From a virus, in IMG/VR virus record IMGVR_UViG_3300009702_000038, positions 1 through 44,406 of that record: a stretch of 44,406 nucleotides of DNA, one strand, 5' to 3'. Below are positions 26,584 through 33,824 of the stretch, one piece after another. Below the pieces are notes generated by a model. It was not told the DNA's origin, searched no databases, and was given only the letters and a program-made list of their open reading frames with translations. The stretch's first letter is position 1. The number at the start of each line of letters is the position of its first letter. The position numbers and the translations under genes are program-made.

Positions 26584-27084
26584 CTCGCGAATCGTGTAAG
26601 CCCAAAACTCGTTAGCTAGCTGACGAATCTCGTACCGACTCATGTCATAGTTTTCTTCTTCCCAGGCCAGGCGCTTGATGGTGCGGTCGCCCACCCCTGC
26701 CGCAAGGAGCTGCCACACGTAGCGCTTCCTAGGGTCTATCCCCTGCCGTACTGCCTCAGCAGCAACACGCCCTGCGTGGGCATAGATGCGTGCCTTGGCG
26801 GACGCTGAGTAGTTGACTAGGGGATGGTCCGCGTCGAGTACATCATCCACTTCCGCCATGTGCTCCACGCCTAGGGCACGCTTCGCCTCCCACAACGCCA
26901 CGCTCTTGACGTGACCTGCGGCGGCAAGGTGCGGTCCCTCAACCGGCTCGATGTCCACGAAGTCGGGGCAGTACTTGTGCAGGATGGCATCGCGGGCCAT
27001 CTCGACCTGCTTGCGTGTGAGCCACTGCTTGCTCGTGCGGTCCCAGTGGTGGTACTCGGAAGGGCGTGGGGGTCTAGTAGTCAT
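26551..27084 (-). CDS. Hypothetical protein (177 aa)
   Basis: ORF. ATG 27084 is in a TGATG overlap with the DNA polymerase stop. Confidence 0.65.
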   Translation of the reverse strand: MTTRPPRPSEYHHWDRTSKQWLTRKQVEMARDAILHKYCPDFVDIEPVEGPHLAAAGHVKSVALWEAKRALGVEHMAEVDDVLDADHPLVNYSASAKARIYAHAGRVAAEAVRQGIDPRKRYVWQLLAAGVGDRTIKRLAWEEENYDMSRYEIRQLANEFWAYTIRELNIEADEGIR

Positions 27085-29012
27085 CAATGTACCTCGAACC
27101 AGTTTTCCCCGATGGCGGGTTCCGCGAGGATTGGCACCTTGTAGCCTAGCTTGGGGCCTGCCCCTTGCATGCAGTCTTGGAGGACTTTTGCGTAGTAGGG
27201 GGCTCGCTCTTCTAAGCAGGTAACCAGAATCTCGTCATGGACAACAGCGACTAGTCGAGCCTCGCTCCGCTTTGCCCGGGCCGCGAAGTCCACCATCGCC
27301 ACCTTGGCGACATCTGCCGCGTTGCCTTGAATGATAGTATTCACTGCGATTCGCTCGCCGGAGTTTGTGATAGCGCCATTGATGCGCCGTGCGCAGTTTA
27401 TGTCGATTCCATATTTCCCGGCGAGATACTTCGCTTTCGTATGGTACGCTTCTGGGTCCCGGCGTTGCCAGGCTAGGGGCCTCAACTCAGGCACGAACCT
27501 GCGGCGTCCCGTCTTGGTCTGCACGTAGGGGACAGGAGAGCGCTGCTTGACGACGCGGATAACCTTCTCTCGGAAGGCGTTGGCCTCTGGGTATTCAGCG
27601 GCGCTAGTTTTCAAGTGTTCCTTGGCCTCGGCCATCTCCCAACCGAAGGTGCGTGCTGCCTTGCCCGGGCCTCCCCCGTAGATGAGGAACGCGAAGTTGA
27701 AGGTCTTTCCTTGGTCCCGTGTGAGCCCTAATGCGTCGGCGGTTCGCTGGTGGGGGTCAGCTCCATCCAAAAAGGCGTCCAGCAGGTACCCTCCAGCCAG
27801 TTCCGCGAAAAGCCGCAACTCAATCTGTGAGTAGTCCGCTGAGACAAACGCCCACCCCGGGTCGGGAATGTAACAGCGCTTGAGCAACGGAGCATATTCG
27901 CCCCGCGAGAGTTGGTTTTGGATGTTCGGGTTACTGCTACTGAGGCGTCCAGTACGCGTCCCCAACTGGAGTATCTCAGGGTGTAGTTTACGGTCGGGCC
28001 ATTGTCTAATCTCTTCATAGAAACCGTCGAGATATGTTCCTTTCACTTTTGAAGCGGAGCGCAGCTCCAGGATAAGCTCGGCAATCTCACTCTGTGCTTC
28101 TGTGCCGTGCGTGATGTTCCACTTGAGCACATCCTTCCCGGTCTTGAACGCGCCGGTCTTGGTAGTGCCTTGCGGCACGAGAGAGCCCTCAATGAACAGC
28201 TCTTGCAAATCTTTAGCGCTACTCCACGAGAGCTGGTGCCAGATGCCTGACGCGGGGTCCTCTGTAGGCGGAAAGAGATGGTCCCACTTTTGCTGAAACT
28301 GCGCTAGGTTGTCTGCCGCGAGGATGCCCATAGTCTCCTCCAGGCGGTCGATGTCAAGGCGGATACCTCCCAACTCCATGCAGGCTAGCTCAACAGCCAG
28401 AGGCGTCTCGATGTCTAACAGGGCAGCCTTCTGCTTCTCTGTAAGGTGCTTCTCGTACAGTAGCTCCCCCACCTGAAGCGTGTTCAATGCGTCCTGGCAC
28501 ACGTAGTCTTTAACTTGCGCGGCGGTCTTGTCGATGAGGCTACCTTCCCACTCCGGGCTTTCCCGGTCCAGCAGCTCACGGGCCAGCTTCTTTAGGCCAA
28601 TGCCGGTCGTGCGGGAAAAGGCGAGCCACGCAGCAAGCATGCTGTCCCTCCACAAGAAGCTCTCGACGCCGAATCCTTCCCGTTCCAGGAGGCCCGCGTC
28701 AAACTTGACGTTGTGCGCCCAAGTAACCATCCCCTTGCCCCGCATCATGTCGAGGGCTTGCTCGGCCCACGTCCACTTAGCGTTGGGACCACGGTGACGC
28801 AGAGGGAGGTAGTAGCAGTTTTCGTTCGGGAAGGCTAGGCTGATTCCTTGGATGGCGGTGTAGCCCAGGTTCAGGAAGGGATTGCTGCGTGCTTGGGAGT
28901 AGCGCCGGGCGGGACCCACGGCCTCCGTGTCCAGACCACATACCTCATGCTTCTCGATATCCCGTTGGAGCATGGCGAAGCGGGCGTCTGTAGTTACGAG
29001 GCGCTGTTTCAT
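27084..29012 (-). CDS. Family A DNA polymerase with 3'-5' exonuclease domain (642 aa)
   Basis: Exo I GLDTEA, Exo II HNVKFD, motif A VSADYSQIELRL, motif B RDQGKTFNFAFLIYGGG, motif C VAVVHDEILV. ATG 29012 is in an ATGA overlap. Confidence 0.9.
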   Translation of the reverse strand: MKQRLVTTDARFAMLQRDIEKHEVCGLDTEAVGPARRYSQARSNPFLNLGYTAIQGISLAFPNENCYYLPLRHRGPNAKWTWAEQALDMMRGKGMVTWAHNVKFDAGLLEREGFGVESFLWRDSMLAAWLAFSRTTGIGLKKLARELLDRESPEWEGSLIDKTAAQVKDYVCQDALNTLQVGELLYEKHLTEKQKAALLDIETPLAVELACMELGGIRLDIDRLEETMGILAADNLAQFQQKWDHLFPPTEDPASGIWHQLSWSSAKDLQELFIEGSLVPQGTTKTGAFKTGKDVLKWNITHGTEAQSEIAELILELRSASKVKGTYLDGFYEEIRQWPDRKLHPEILQLGTRTGRLSSSNPNIQNQLSRGEYAPLLKRCYIPDPGWAFVSADYSQIELRLFAELAGGYLLDAFLDGADPHQRTADALGLTRDQGKTFNFAFLIYGGGPGKAARTFGWEMAEAKEHLKTSAAEYPEANAFREKVIRVVKQRSPVPYVQTKTGRRRFVPELRPLAWQRRDPEAYHTKAKYLAGKYGIDINCARRINGAITNSGERIAVNTIIQGNAADVAKVAMVDFAARAKRSEARLVAVVHDEILVTCLEERAPYYAKVLQDCMQGAGPKLGYKVPILAEPAIGENWFEVH

Positions 29013-29536
29013 CGAAGATGCCCCCCCGCCCTGCACAGGACCAAGCACTTGTGTGAACAAAACTTGAGAGATTCAATGTGGCCGACAACATAAGGCTCAT
29101 CCTTCATAATCTCTTTGTCACACCAAGCGCAGTAGCCTTGAATCTCGAAGCGCTTGAAGTTGTAGTACTTGTCCTTGATGCGCGTGGCGGCTTCGTCGTC
29201 CCCGGCGATGCGGTCTGGAGGGCACTGTAGCGCAAGGTCTGCTGTCTTTTCAAAGTGGGGGCAGTGCGGGCAAGTCTCAGCATCATTCAGATGCTCGCAG
29301 TGAACATAGGGAACAGAAGCGTCTCTCTCTTGGCCCGTAAGCTCCTCGATGACACGGGTCAAATACCAGGCGGCCTTCTGTAAGTCCTGGAGCTTGTTCC
29401 CCTTATACTCGCAGCGGCACACGTACTTGATGACGTTGGCTAGGCGGAAGTCGCCATTGGCGTACGTCTCAATCACGTCGATGACTTCAATGCCGTTCTG
29501 ATTGTAGTGCGCGGGGTGGTTTACCTTGTCAGTCAT
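29009..29536 (-). CDS. DUF3310-like protein with a Cys-rich (FCS-type zinc-finger-like) C-terminal extension (175 aa)
   Basis: N-terminus VNHPAHYN...IEVIDVIE...ANVIKYVCR...DLQKAAWYL matches the DUF3310 pattern as I remember it. C-terminus CAWCDKEI...KFCSHKC. Confidence 0.65.
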   Translation of the reverse strand: MTDKVNHPAHYNQNGIEVIDVIETYANGDFRLANVIKYVCRCEYKGNKLQDLQKAAWYLTRVIEELTGQERDASVPYVHCEHLNDAETCPHCPHFEKTADLALQCPPDRIAGDDEAATRIKDKYYNFKRFEIQGYCAWCDKEIMKDEPYVVGHIESLKFCSHKCLVLCRAGGHLR

Positions 29537-29588
29537 GGTGCTCCGCTGAAAAAGGAGGAGAGCCTTTTAGCCTCTTGCTCAGGAGGGG

Positions 29589-29674
29589 TGGAGTGAGGAG
29601 GAGTCGAACCTCCAGGTACGTGTCTAGCTAGCCCAGTACCCGCCACATGACTACGCCATGCCCTATATCACCCC
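29589..29674 (-). ncRNA. tRNA-like element A (about 85 nt). Acceptor stem and canonical T-arm are present; the anticodon arm was not foldable by eye.
   Basis: Minus strand: GGGGTGA...GGAGG-TTCGACT-CCTCC-TCACTCC-A, with U at position 8 and GG at positions 18-19. No 5-bp/7-nt anticodon hairpin with U33 found. Confidence 0.3.
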
Positions 29675-29677
29675 TTG

Positions 29678-29752
29678 TGGACGGGAAGGGAGTTGCACCC
29701 CTCGAATCTACGGCGACTGACTGAGCCTTTGGCTCGTCTCTTCGCCCCGTCC
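29678..29752 (-). ncRNA. tRNA-like element B (about 75 nt). Perfect 7-bp closing stem and a T-arm-like hairpin; no canonical anticodon arm.
   Basis: Minus strand: GGACGGG...AGGGG-TGCAACT-CCCTT-CCCGTCC-A. Internal 8-bp hairpin with an AAA loop. Ends 3 nt before element A. Confidence 0.25.
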
Positions 29753-29758
29753 TAAGCG

Positions 29759-30043
29759 TTACGGCTTCGCCGCCAGGTCCTCGTTCCACACCGTGATGCT
29801 GTAGAACACCTGTGCCCCATCCTTGCGGGGGCTGTCTACGATTTTCTCACCGTTCTCGGCTTTGAAGGCCACAATGCGCGAGGTCTTAGGATACCCCGCA
29901 TCGTTCTTCTCGTCGGTTGAGATGTTCAGCAGGAGGTTGTAGACGCCCGGAATCGGGGAGTCCAACACGGCGCCGAAGTCCTCATAGGTCTTGGTTCCGT
30001 CCTCGTGCTTGATGGTGCGCGTTACTGTTGCTCGTCGTGCCAT
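29759..30043 (-). CDS. Hypothetical protein (94 aa)
   Basis: ATG 30043 lies 1 nt after the ERF stop (the track ORF extends spuriously to 30184). Confidence 0.6.
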   Translation of the reverse strand: MARRATVTRTIKHEDGTKTYEDFGAVLDSPIPGVYNLLLNISTDEKNDAGYPKTSRIVAFKAENGEKIVDSPRKDGAQVFYSITVWNEDLAAKP

Positions 30044-30044
30044 G

Positions 30045-30512
30045 TTACCAGTCGTCCTCTTCATTCGTTTCTGCCGCTGGTTGCGGGGTTGGGGTTGGTT
30101 TCTTCGGCGCAGCCTTCTTAGCTGGCTTTCGTTTCTTTGTGGAGGCCTTCGTGCTCTTCCCGCGTCCGTGCGCTGCTTCAGCATCGTCGTCCTCTTCGCC
30201 CACGAGGTTGAACAGGAGACAGAGGCCGTAGCGGCGGTGGTATGTAATGGCAGAGCCTAGACCTTGCGGGTCCTGCTTGCCAAGCACGAAAGGAATGTCT
30301 ACAAACTCGTAGTCCGCTCCCCCGTTAGCCGTAACCGCAGTACGGAAAAGAAGATGACCGCTATTGCCGACAATGGCCCCTTGCGTGATACTAGCATCCT
30401 CCGGGAGGCCTGCCTTCACGACACGCAACACTTCGTCGAGCGGCGCGTACTTGTTCCCAAAGTGCGGATTCTTCGCCGTCAACTTCGGGTTCTCAATGTT
30501 GAACTTGCTCAT
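30045..30512 (-). CDS. ERF-family single-strand annealing protein (155 aa)
   Basis: NPHFGNKYAPLDEVLRVV... and QGLGSAITYHRRYGLCLLFNL match the ERF pattern. Lys/Pro-rich linker and acidic tip EEDDW. The ATG abuts element E1. Confidence 0.7.
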   Translation of the reverse strand: MSKFNIENPKLTAKNPHFGNKYAPLDEVLRVVKAGLPEDASITQGAIVGNSGHLLFRTAVTANGGADYEFVDIPFVLGKQDPQGLGSAITYHRRYGLCLLFNLVGEEDDDAEAAHGRGKSTKASTKKRKPAKKAAPKKPTPTPQPAAETNEEDDW

Positions 30513-30547
30513 ATCTAACGTATAACCTTTCAGCCCCGATTGTTTAG
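30513..30547 (-). promoter_or_regulatory. Copy E1 of the conserved promoter-like element
   Basis: Gene orientation: CTAAACAATC-GGGGCTGAAAGG-TTATACGTTAGAT-ATG(erf). Confidence 0.55.
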
Positions 30548-31252
30548 CTCGGCGGCAAACTCCTCGTTCACGCAGTCCAGCGTCGTGAGCCACGCAGGGT
30601 CTTGCTCGATGATGAAGGGGCGCAAGTCCCAGAACAACCTCCACGGCTCTCGTGGGTACTTGAATATACACTCAGCGGCGATAACGCCGAAGTCCAACTC
30701 TAGCACGGCGAGCTGCGTGCGGACCTGGTTGATGTAGTAGGGGGGAACCTCACCCCTCGCCCATCCTACGCTGATACTCTTCTTGATTTCTAGAATCGTC
30801 TTTTCGTTCTTCCCTAAACGTGACAGCCCGTGCAGCGTTGCCTCTACCTGCCTAGGGTCTTGGCAGTACTCAACCTCTGGCTGCGTGATGGGGTCGAAGC
30901 CTATGAAGGCGTCCACCGTGACACTGACGTTAGGCCAGCGGTCGTTCACGAACATGCTGTTGTCCGGCTCGGGGCACGCCAGCATCTCCCCGACCTTCTC
31001 GATGATGCACTTCTCATCGTGGGCGCCGTGGTTTATGCTGATTCGAGGGCACTGGTCAAACTCTTTGTCGATGCCCTCCAGCTTCTCCGCAAGGATAGAC
31101 TCTCGCGTGTTGTCTTCGAAGTACCAAGCGTACTTCTTAGGGAGCGCAGAGGGGCCAATCCAACCCGTGATGGCAGACGCCGTGATGTAGTTTCGGCGCA
31201 GCTCTAACCACTCTTCGCGGTCATCAGCTGTGCCCACCCGTTTTATTCCCAT
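30530..31252 (-). CDS. YqaJ/lambda-Exo-type PD-(D/E)XK recombination exonuclease (240 aa)
   Basis: EWLELRRNYITASAI (YqaJ N-terminal pattern), ILEIKKS (ExK), YYINQVRTQL. Paired with the ERF gene. Confidence 0.75.
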   Translation of the reverse strand: MGIKRVGTADDREEWLELRRNYITASAITGWIGPSALPKKYAWYFEDNTRESILAEKLEGIDKEFDQCPRISINHGAHDEKCIIEKVGEMLACPEPDNSMFVNDRWPNVSVTVDAFIGFDPITQPEVEYCQDPRQVEATLHGLSRLGKNEKTILEIKKSISVGWARGEVPPYYINQVRTQLAVLELDFGVIAAECIFKYPREPWRLFWDLRPFIIEQDPAWLTTLDCVNEEFAAELNNRG

Positions 31253-31287
31253 ACCTAACGTATCCCAAGAAACTCCCGATTGTTTAG
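31253..31287 (-). promoter_or_regulatory. Copy E2 of the conserved promoter-like element
   Basis: Gene orientation: CTAAACAATC-GGGAGTTTCTTG-GGATACGTTAGGT-ATG(exonuclease). Confidence 0.55.
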
Positions 31288-31312
31288 CCTCTCATTTTAT
31301 TTTCCTCAAAAA

Positions 31313-31347
31313 CTAAATAACTACATGTAAGTATGTTATACGTTAGT
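31313..31347 (+). promoter_or_regulatory. Copy E6 of the promoter-like element, divergent from E2; candidate promoter of the plus-strand block
   Basis: CTAAATAACT-N13-TTATACGTTAGT followed by ATA rather than ATG. About 158 nt upstream of the first plus-strand CDS. Confidence 0.5.
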
Positions 31348-31410
31348 ATACGTAGCTTGCTTGGGTAAGTATCTACCTTCCTTAGAGTAACGCATTCTTG
31401 GGGTAAGTAT

Positions 31411-31428
31411 ACTCTTTCGCGAAAGAGT
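31411..31428. promoter_or_regulatory. Perfect 18-bp palindrome (operator- or hairpin-like) in the leader of the plus-strand block
   Basis: ACTCTTTCGCGAAAGAGT is its own reverse complement. Confidence 0.45.
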
Positions 31429-31505
31429 GTCGCCTGAGAGGGCGCTCGGGAAGAACAGAAAAGGTAGTAGAGCCATGAGGACTAGAAGAACGGGAAGGGA
31501 CAGAT

Positions 31506-31955
31506 ATGCACGAAGGTAAAGCGGTTTTCAGTGATGAGTGCAAAGAGGAAATCAGGGAGCGCTGGCCGGACATCTGCCCGGAGTGTGGGTTCATCGCATA
31601 CATCGGAATGAATCAAGTCTCCTGCGTCAATGTGGAGTGCCGGAACGGTGTGCAGAAAGAGCGTGATGACTACGACGCATTGGTTGAAGCGGACAAACAG
31701 CGAAGTACACCCCTGTCCCTCCTAGAAACTCGCGATACCCTCCCCCCTGCTCTCCCCTCGCTCGGCTGGCGCCACACCGTTGCCCACGACAAGCCTATGA
31801 AACACACGGTAGGAGAGTGGTGGTATCAGCTAGAGCCAGGAGAGGGACAGAATGTGAACATTGGCGATTTATATTTATCTTGTGTCAACGGAGCGGATTA
31901 TGTGGTAGCCAGCGTAGACCGCTGTACCGATGTTATTTCCCTACGGCTCAACTAA
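31506..31955 (+). CDS. Hypothetical protein with an N-terminal zinc ribbon (149 aa)
   Basis: CPECG...CVNVEC. SD GGAAGGG upstream. Confidence 0.65.
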   Translation: MHEGKAVFSDECKEEIRERWPDICPECGFIAYIGMNQVSCVNVECRNGVQKERDDYDALVEADKQRSTPLSLLETRDTLPPALPSLGWRHTVAHDKPMKHTVGEWWYQLEPGEGQNVNIGDLYLSCVNGADYVVASVDRCTDVISLRLN

Positions 31956-31969
31956 AATGCAGGTAGCGA

Positions 31970-32004
31970 CTAAACAATCACCCCCTTCCCGTTATACGTT
32001 AGAT
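31970..32004 (+). promoter_or_regulatory. Copy E3 of the conserved promoter-like element
   Basis: CTAAACAATC-ACCCCCTTCCCG-TTATACGTTAGAT-ATG(32005). Confidence 0.55.
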
Positions 32005-32223
32005 ATGGCCCTGAACGACAACCGCGATGAAGTGTGTGAGCTGACCCAAGACTGGGCGTTCGTGGACTCATGGAGCGTGGGAGAGGGTCAAAGCGGCACG
32101 AGGAGAGTATCCCCCTGGGAGTCTACAAGACGTACCGCGATGGCGCTGCCAAGGCTAACGCCTGGCTCAAGGCTACCTCTGGCTCCCTGCGTTGGGAAGC
32201 GGAGAGAATCTACAAACCACTGA
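32005..32223 (+). CDS. Hypothetical small protein (72 aa). Only the first half looks protein-like.
   Basis: The ATG abuts element E3. The N-terminal part MALNDNRDEVCELTQDWAFVDSW is plausible. The C-terminal part is Arg/Ser/Pro-rich and looks like an off-frame read. Confidence 0.4.
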   Translation: MALNDNRDEVCELTQDWAFVDSWSVGEGQSGTRRVSPWESTRRTAMALPRLTPGSRLPLAPCVGKRRESTNH

Positions 32224-32249
32224 CAGACGACCAGGAGGGTGAAGCATGA
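32070..32249 (+). CDS. Alternative-frame small ORF (59 aa), not in the ORF track
   Basis: ...IPLGVYKTYRDGAAKANAWLKATSGSLRWEAERIYKPLTDDQEGEA. Its stop is in an ATGA overlap with the next gene (32246). Confidence 0.4.
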   Translation: MERGRGSKRHEESIPLGVYKTYRDGAAKANAWLKATSGSLRWEAERIYKPLTDDQEGEA

Positions 32250-32497
32250 GTGACCGCATCATATGTAACGATTTTGCCACAACAGAACCAGCAGCTCGTT
32301 GCTTCCGTCTAGTAGGAAGCTTCTTAGAAATCGTAGTCCGCCCGGAGCATCCTGAGTCTGAGGCGTGCCTTGTCTTGGAAGCAAGAAATCCCAACAATAG
32401 GGCAAGCCTGCCTATGATTATTTCTTTGTATGCTACGGAAGCCCGTGCTCTAGCGGGCGCTCTTGTGGCCTTGGCCGACGAGTGGAGCAATCAGTGA
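32246..32497 (+). CDS. Hypothetical protein (83 aa)
   Basis: ORF with a coupled start. Confidence 0.6.
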   Translation: MSDRIICNDFATTEPAARCFRLVGSFLEIVVRPEHPESEACLVLEARNPNNRASLPMIISLYATEARALAGALVALADEWSNQ

Positions 32498-32796
32498 ATG
32501 AGCGCCAAGTCAAACAAGCGGCCACTGCCGACACGCTTTGTTCTGTCACTGGCAAGCCTTGCCGTTGCCGGACTGGGAGTGGGTGCGGCGTTGTCGGTAC
32601 AAGGGTGGACGATTCTGCAACAGAGGCTCTACGATGGGCTCGAACGGCCCAACTCCGCCTCCTCGCGGCGGGGGACGCACTAGACCTCGCGGCAGACGCT
32701 CTCATTTTCGAGCGCCCTTACCCTGCCCCTGCGTTTCGAGACTTCCGCCGTCGCATCGACGCCCTTGTGAAAGAGCTAGAAGAGCTGACAAAATGA
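32494..32796 (+). CDS. Hypothetical protein (100 aa)
   Basis: GTG 32494 in a GTGA overlap (the track start is 32482). Its stop is in an ATGA overlap with the next gene, which supports this frame over the 32498..32683 ORF. Confidence 0.5.
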   Translation: MNERQVKQAATADTLCSVTGKPCRCRTGSGCGVVGTRVDDSATEALRWARTAQLRLLAAGDALDLAADALIFERPYPAPAFRDFRRRIDALVKELEELTK

Positions 32797-33026
32797 CTGT
32801 AATCAAAAACACCATAGGCCATGCCCGCAATCGGTCCCTTGTGCTAAAGGACTGCGCAGGAGACACACTAAGCGTGGAGTACAATGCAAGGCTATTCCGT
32901 GGCGTTGATATTGTGTGTGAGCAGGAGGGCAGTACGGGCGGGGTTGCTATTGTTGCCCTAGCGCCCGAAGATATTCGAGTCCTCGTCGAGGGCCTTGAAG
33001 TAATCTTGTCGGAAATCGAGGGCTAA
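32793..33026 (+). CDS. Hypothetical protein (77 aa)
   Basis: ATG 32793 (MTVIKNTIGH...) within the track ORF 32538..33026. Confidence 0.55.
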   Translation: MTVIKNTIGHARNRSLVLKDCAGDTLSVEYNARLFRGVDIVCEQEGSTGGVAIVALAPEDIRVLVEGLEVILSEIEG

Positions 33027-33031
33027 CCAAA

Positions 33032-33214
33032 ATGACTAAGAAGCGAAACGACCGCAAGGAAGCTAGGCGTGAGGACGCAGAGGCAAGACAAGCCGCTTGG
33101 GCCGCCCTTACCCCCGCAGAAAAGCTCGCTGACCTTGACCGCCGCTTTGGGGAGGGCGTCGGCTGTACCAGACAACGTGCCCGCATCAAAAGGGAGATGG
33201 AAAAATTAACATGA
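33032..33214 (+). CDS. Small basic, charged protein (60 aa)
   Basis: ORF. Lys/Arg/Glu-rich and helical-looking. Confidence 0.5.
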   Translation: MTKKRNDRKEARREDAEARQAAWAALTPAEKLADLDRRFGEGVGCTRQRARIKREMEKLT

Positions 33215-33420
33215 CCGCAGAAGAACACATCGCCCTGCTCAACAAACTGTGCGACAAGCTAGCGCCCCAGTTAGACCGGCTCATCACACAAGACCAGCCA
33301 GAGGACCCTTCAGGAGATGCTGCCCTAGACCTGGCTTGTACCTTGTACGACTCCATACGTAGTGCTACAGAGTGCGAGTGGGCGCTTTCTAGGGACGCGC
33401 TGCCTGGAGAGTACGAGTGA
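33211..33420 (+). CDS. Hypothetical acidic protein (69 aa)
   Basis: ORF with an ATGA overlap. Confidence 0.55.
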   Translation: MTAEEHIALLNKLCDKLAPQLDRLITQDQPEDPSGDAALDLACTLYDSIRSATECEWALSRDALPGEYE

Positions 33421-33824
33421 GAGTTGCTTGCCCAAAGTGTGGGGAGGAGCGGGACGTGCTCCGTAAAAACCGCTGGCGTGCGAGCAAAACACCGTGCCGG
33501 GCGTGCCACATCGCGGGGCGTAACTACAAGACACACGGTCATGCAGGCAACGGTAAAATAGCACGCACACGAGAGTACGGAACATGGACGAATATGCGCT
33601 ACCGCTGCAACACCCCTACGGCGCAGAGGTATGCCTTGTACGGCGGGCGGGGCATCAAAGTGTGTGAGCGGTGGGGAATGTTTGAAAACTTCCTATCAGA
33701 CATGGGAGAAAAACCCATTGGAATGAGTATTGACCGCATCGATCCTGATGGAGACTACTGCCCCGAAAACTGCCGGTGGGTCACTGTTGCTGATAACAAC
33801 CGAAACAGAAGGTGTTGCAAGTGA
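33417..33824 (+). CDS. HNH-family homing-type endonuclease (135 aa)
   Basis: [12 protein letters not shown]...[44 protein letters not shown] is the common phage HNH-family pattern. N-terminal CPKCG...CRAC. Confidence 0.7.
   Translation: MRVACPKCGEERDVLRKNRWRASKTPCRACHIAGRNYKTHGHAGNGKIARTREYGTWTNMRYRCNTPTAQRYALYGGRGIKVCERWGMFENFLSDMGEKPIGMSIDRIDPDGDYCPENCRWVTVADNNRNRRCCK

Noticed and set aside
29589-29752. The tRNA-like elements as an attP site marking a temperate lifestyle
   Set aside because: No integrase, excisionase or repressor-like gene was recognised anywhere in the genome.
30045-30671. Extended 208-aa version of the ERF ORF and the 141-aa version of 29759..30184
   Set aside because: The N-terminal extensions read through the upstream gene or promoter element with Arg-rich, junk-like sequence. 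Internal ATGs at 30512 and 30043 fit the gene junctions.
32498-32683. 61-aa ORF with a hydrophobic segment as the real gene in this interval
   Set aside because: The overlapping frame 32494..32796 is coupled at both ends (GTGA and ATGA overlaps) and spans the whole interval. The 61-aa ORF cannot be fully excluded.
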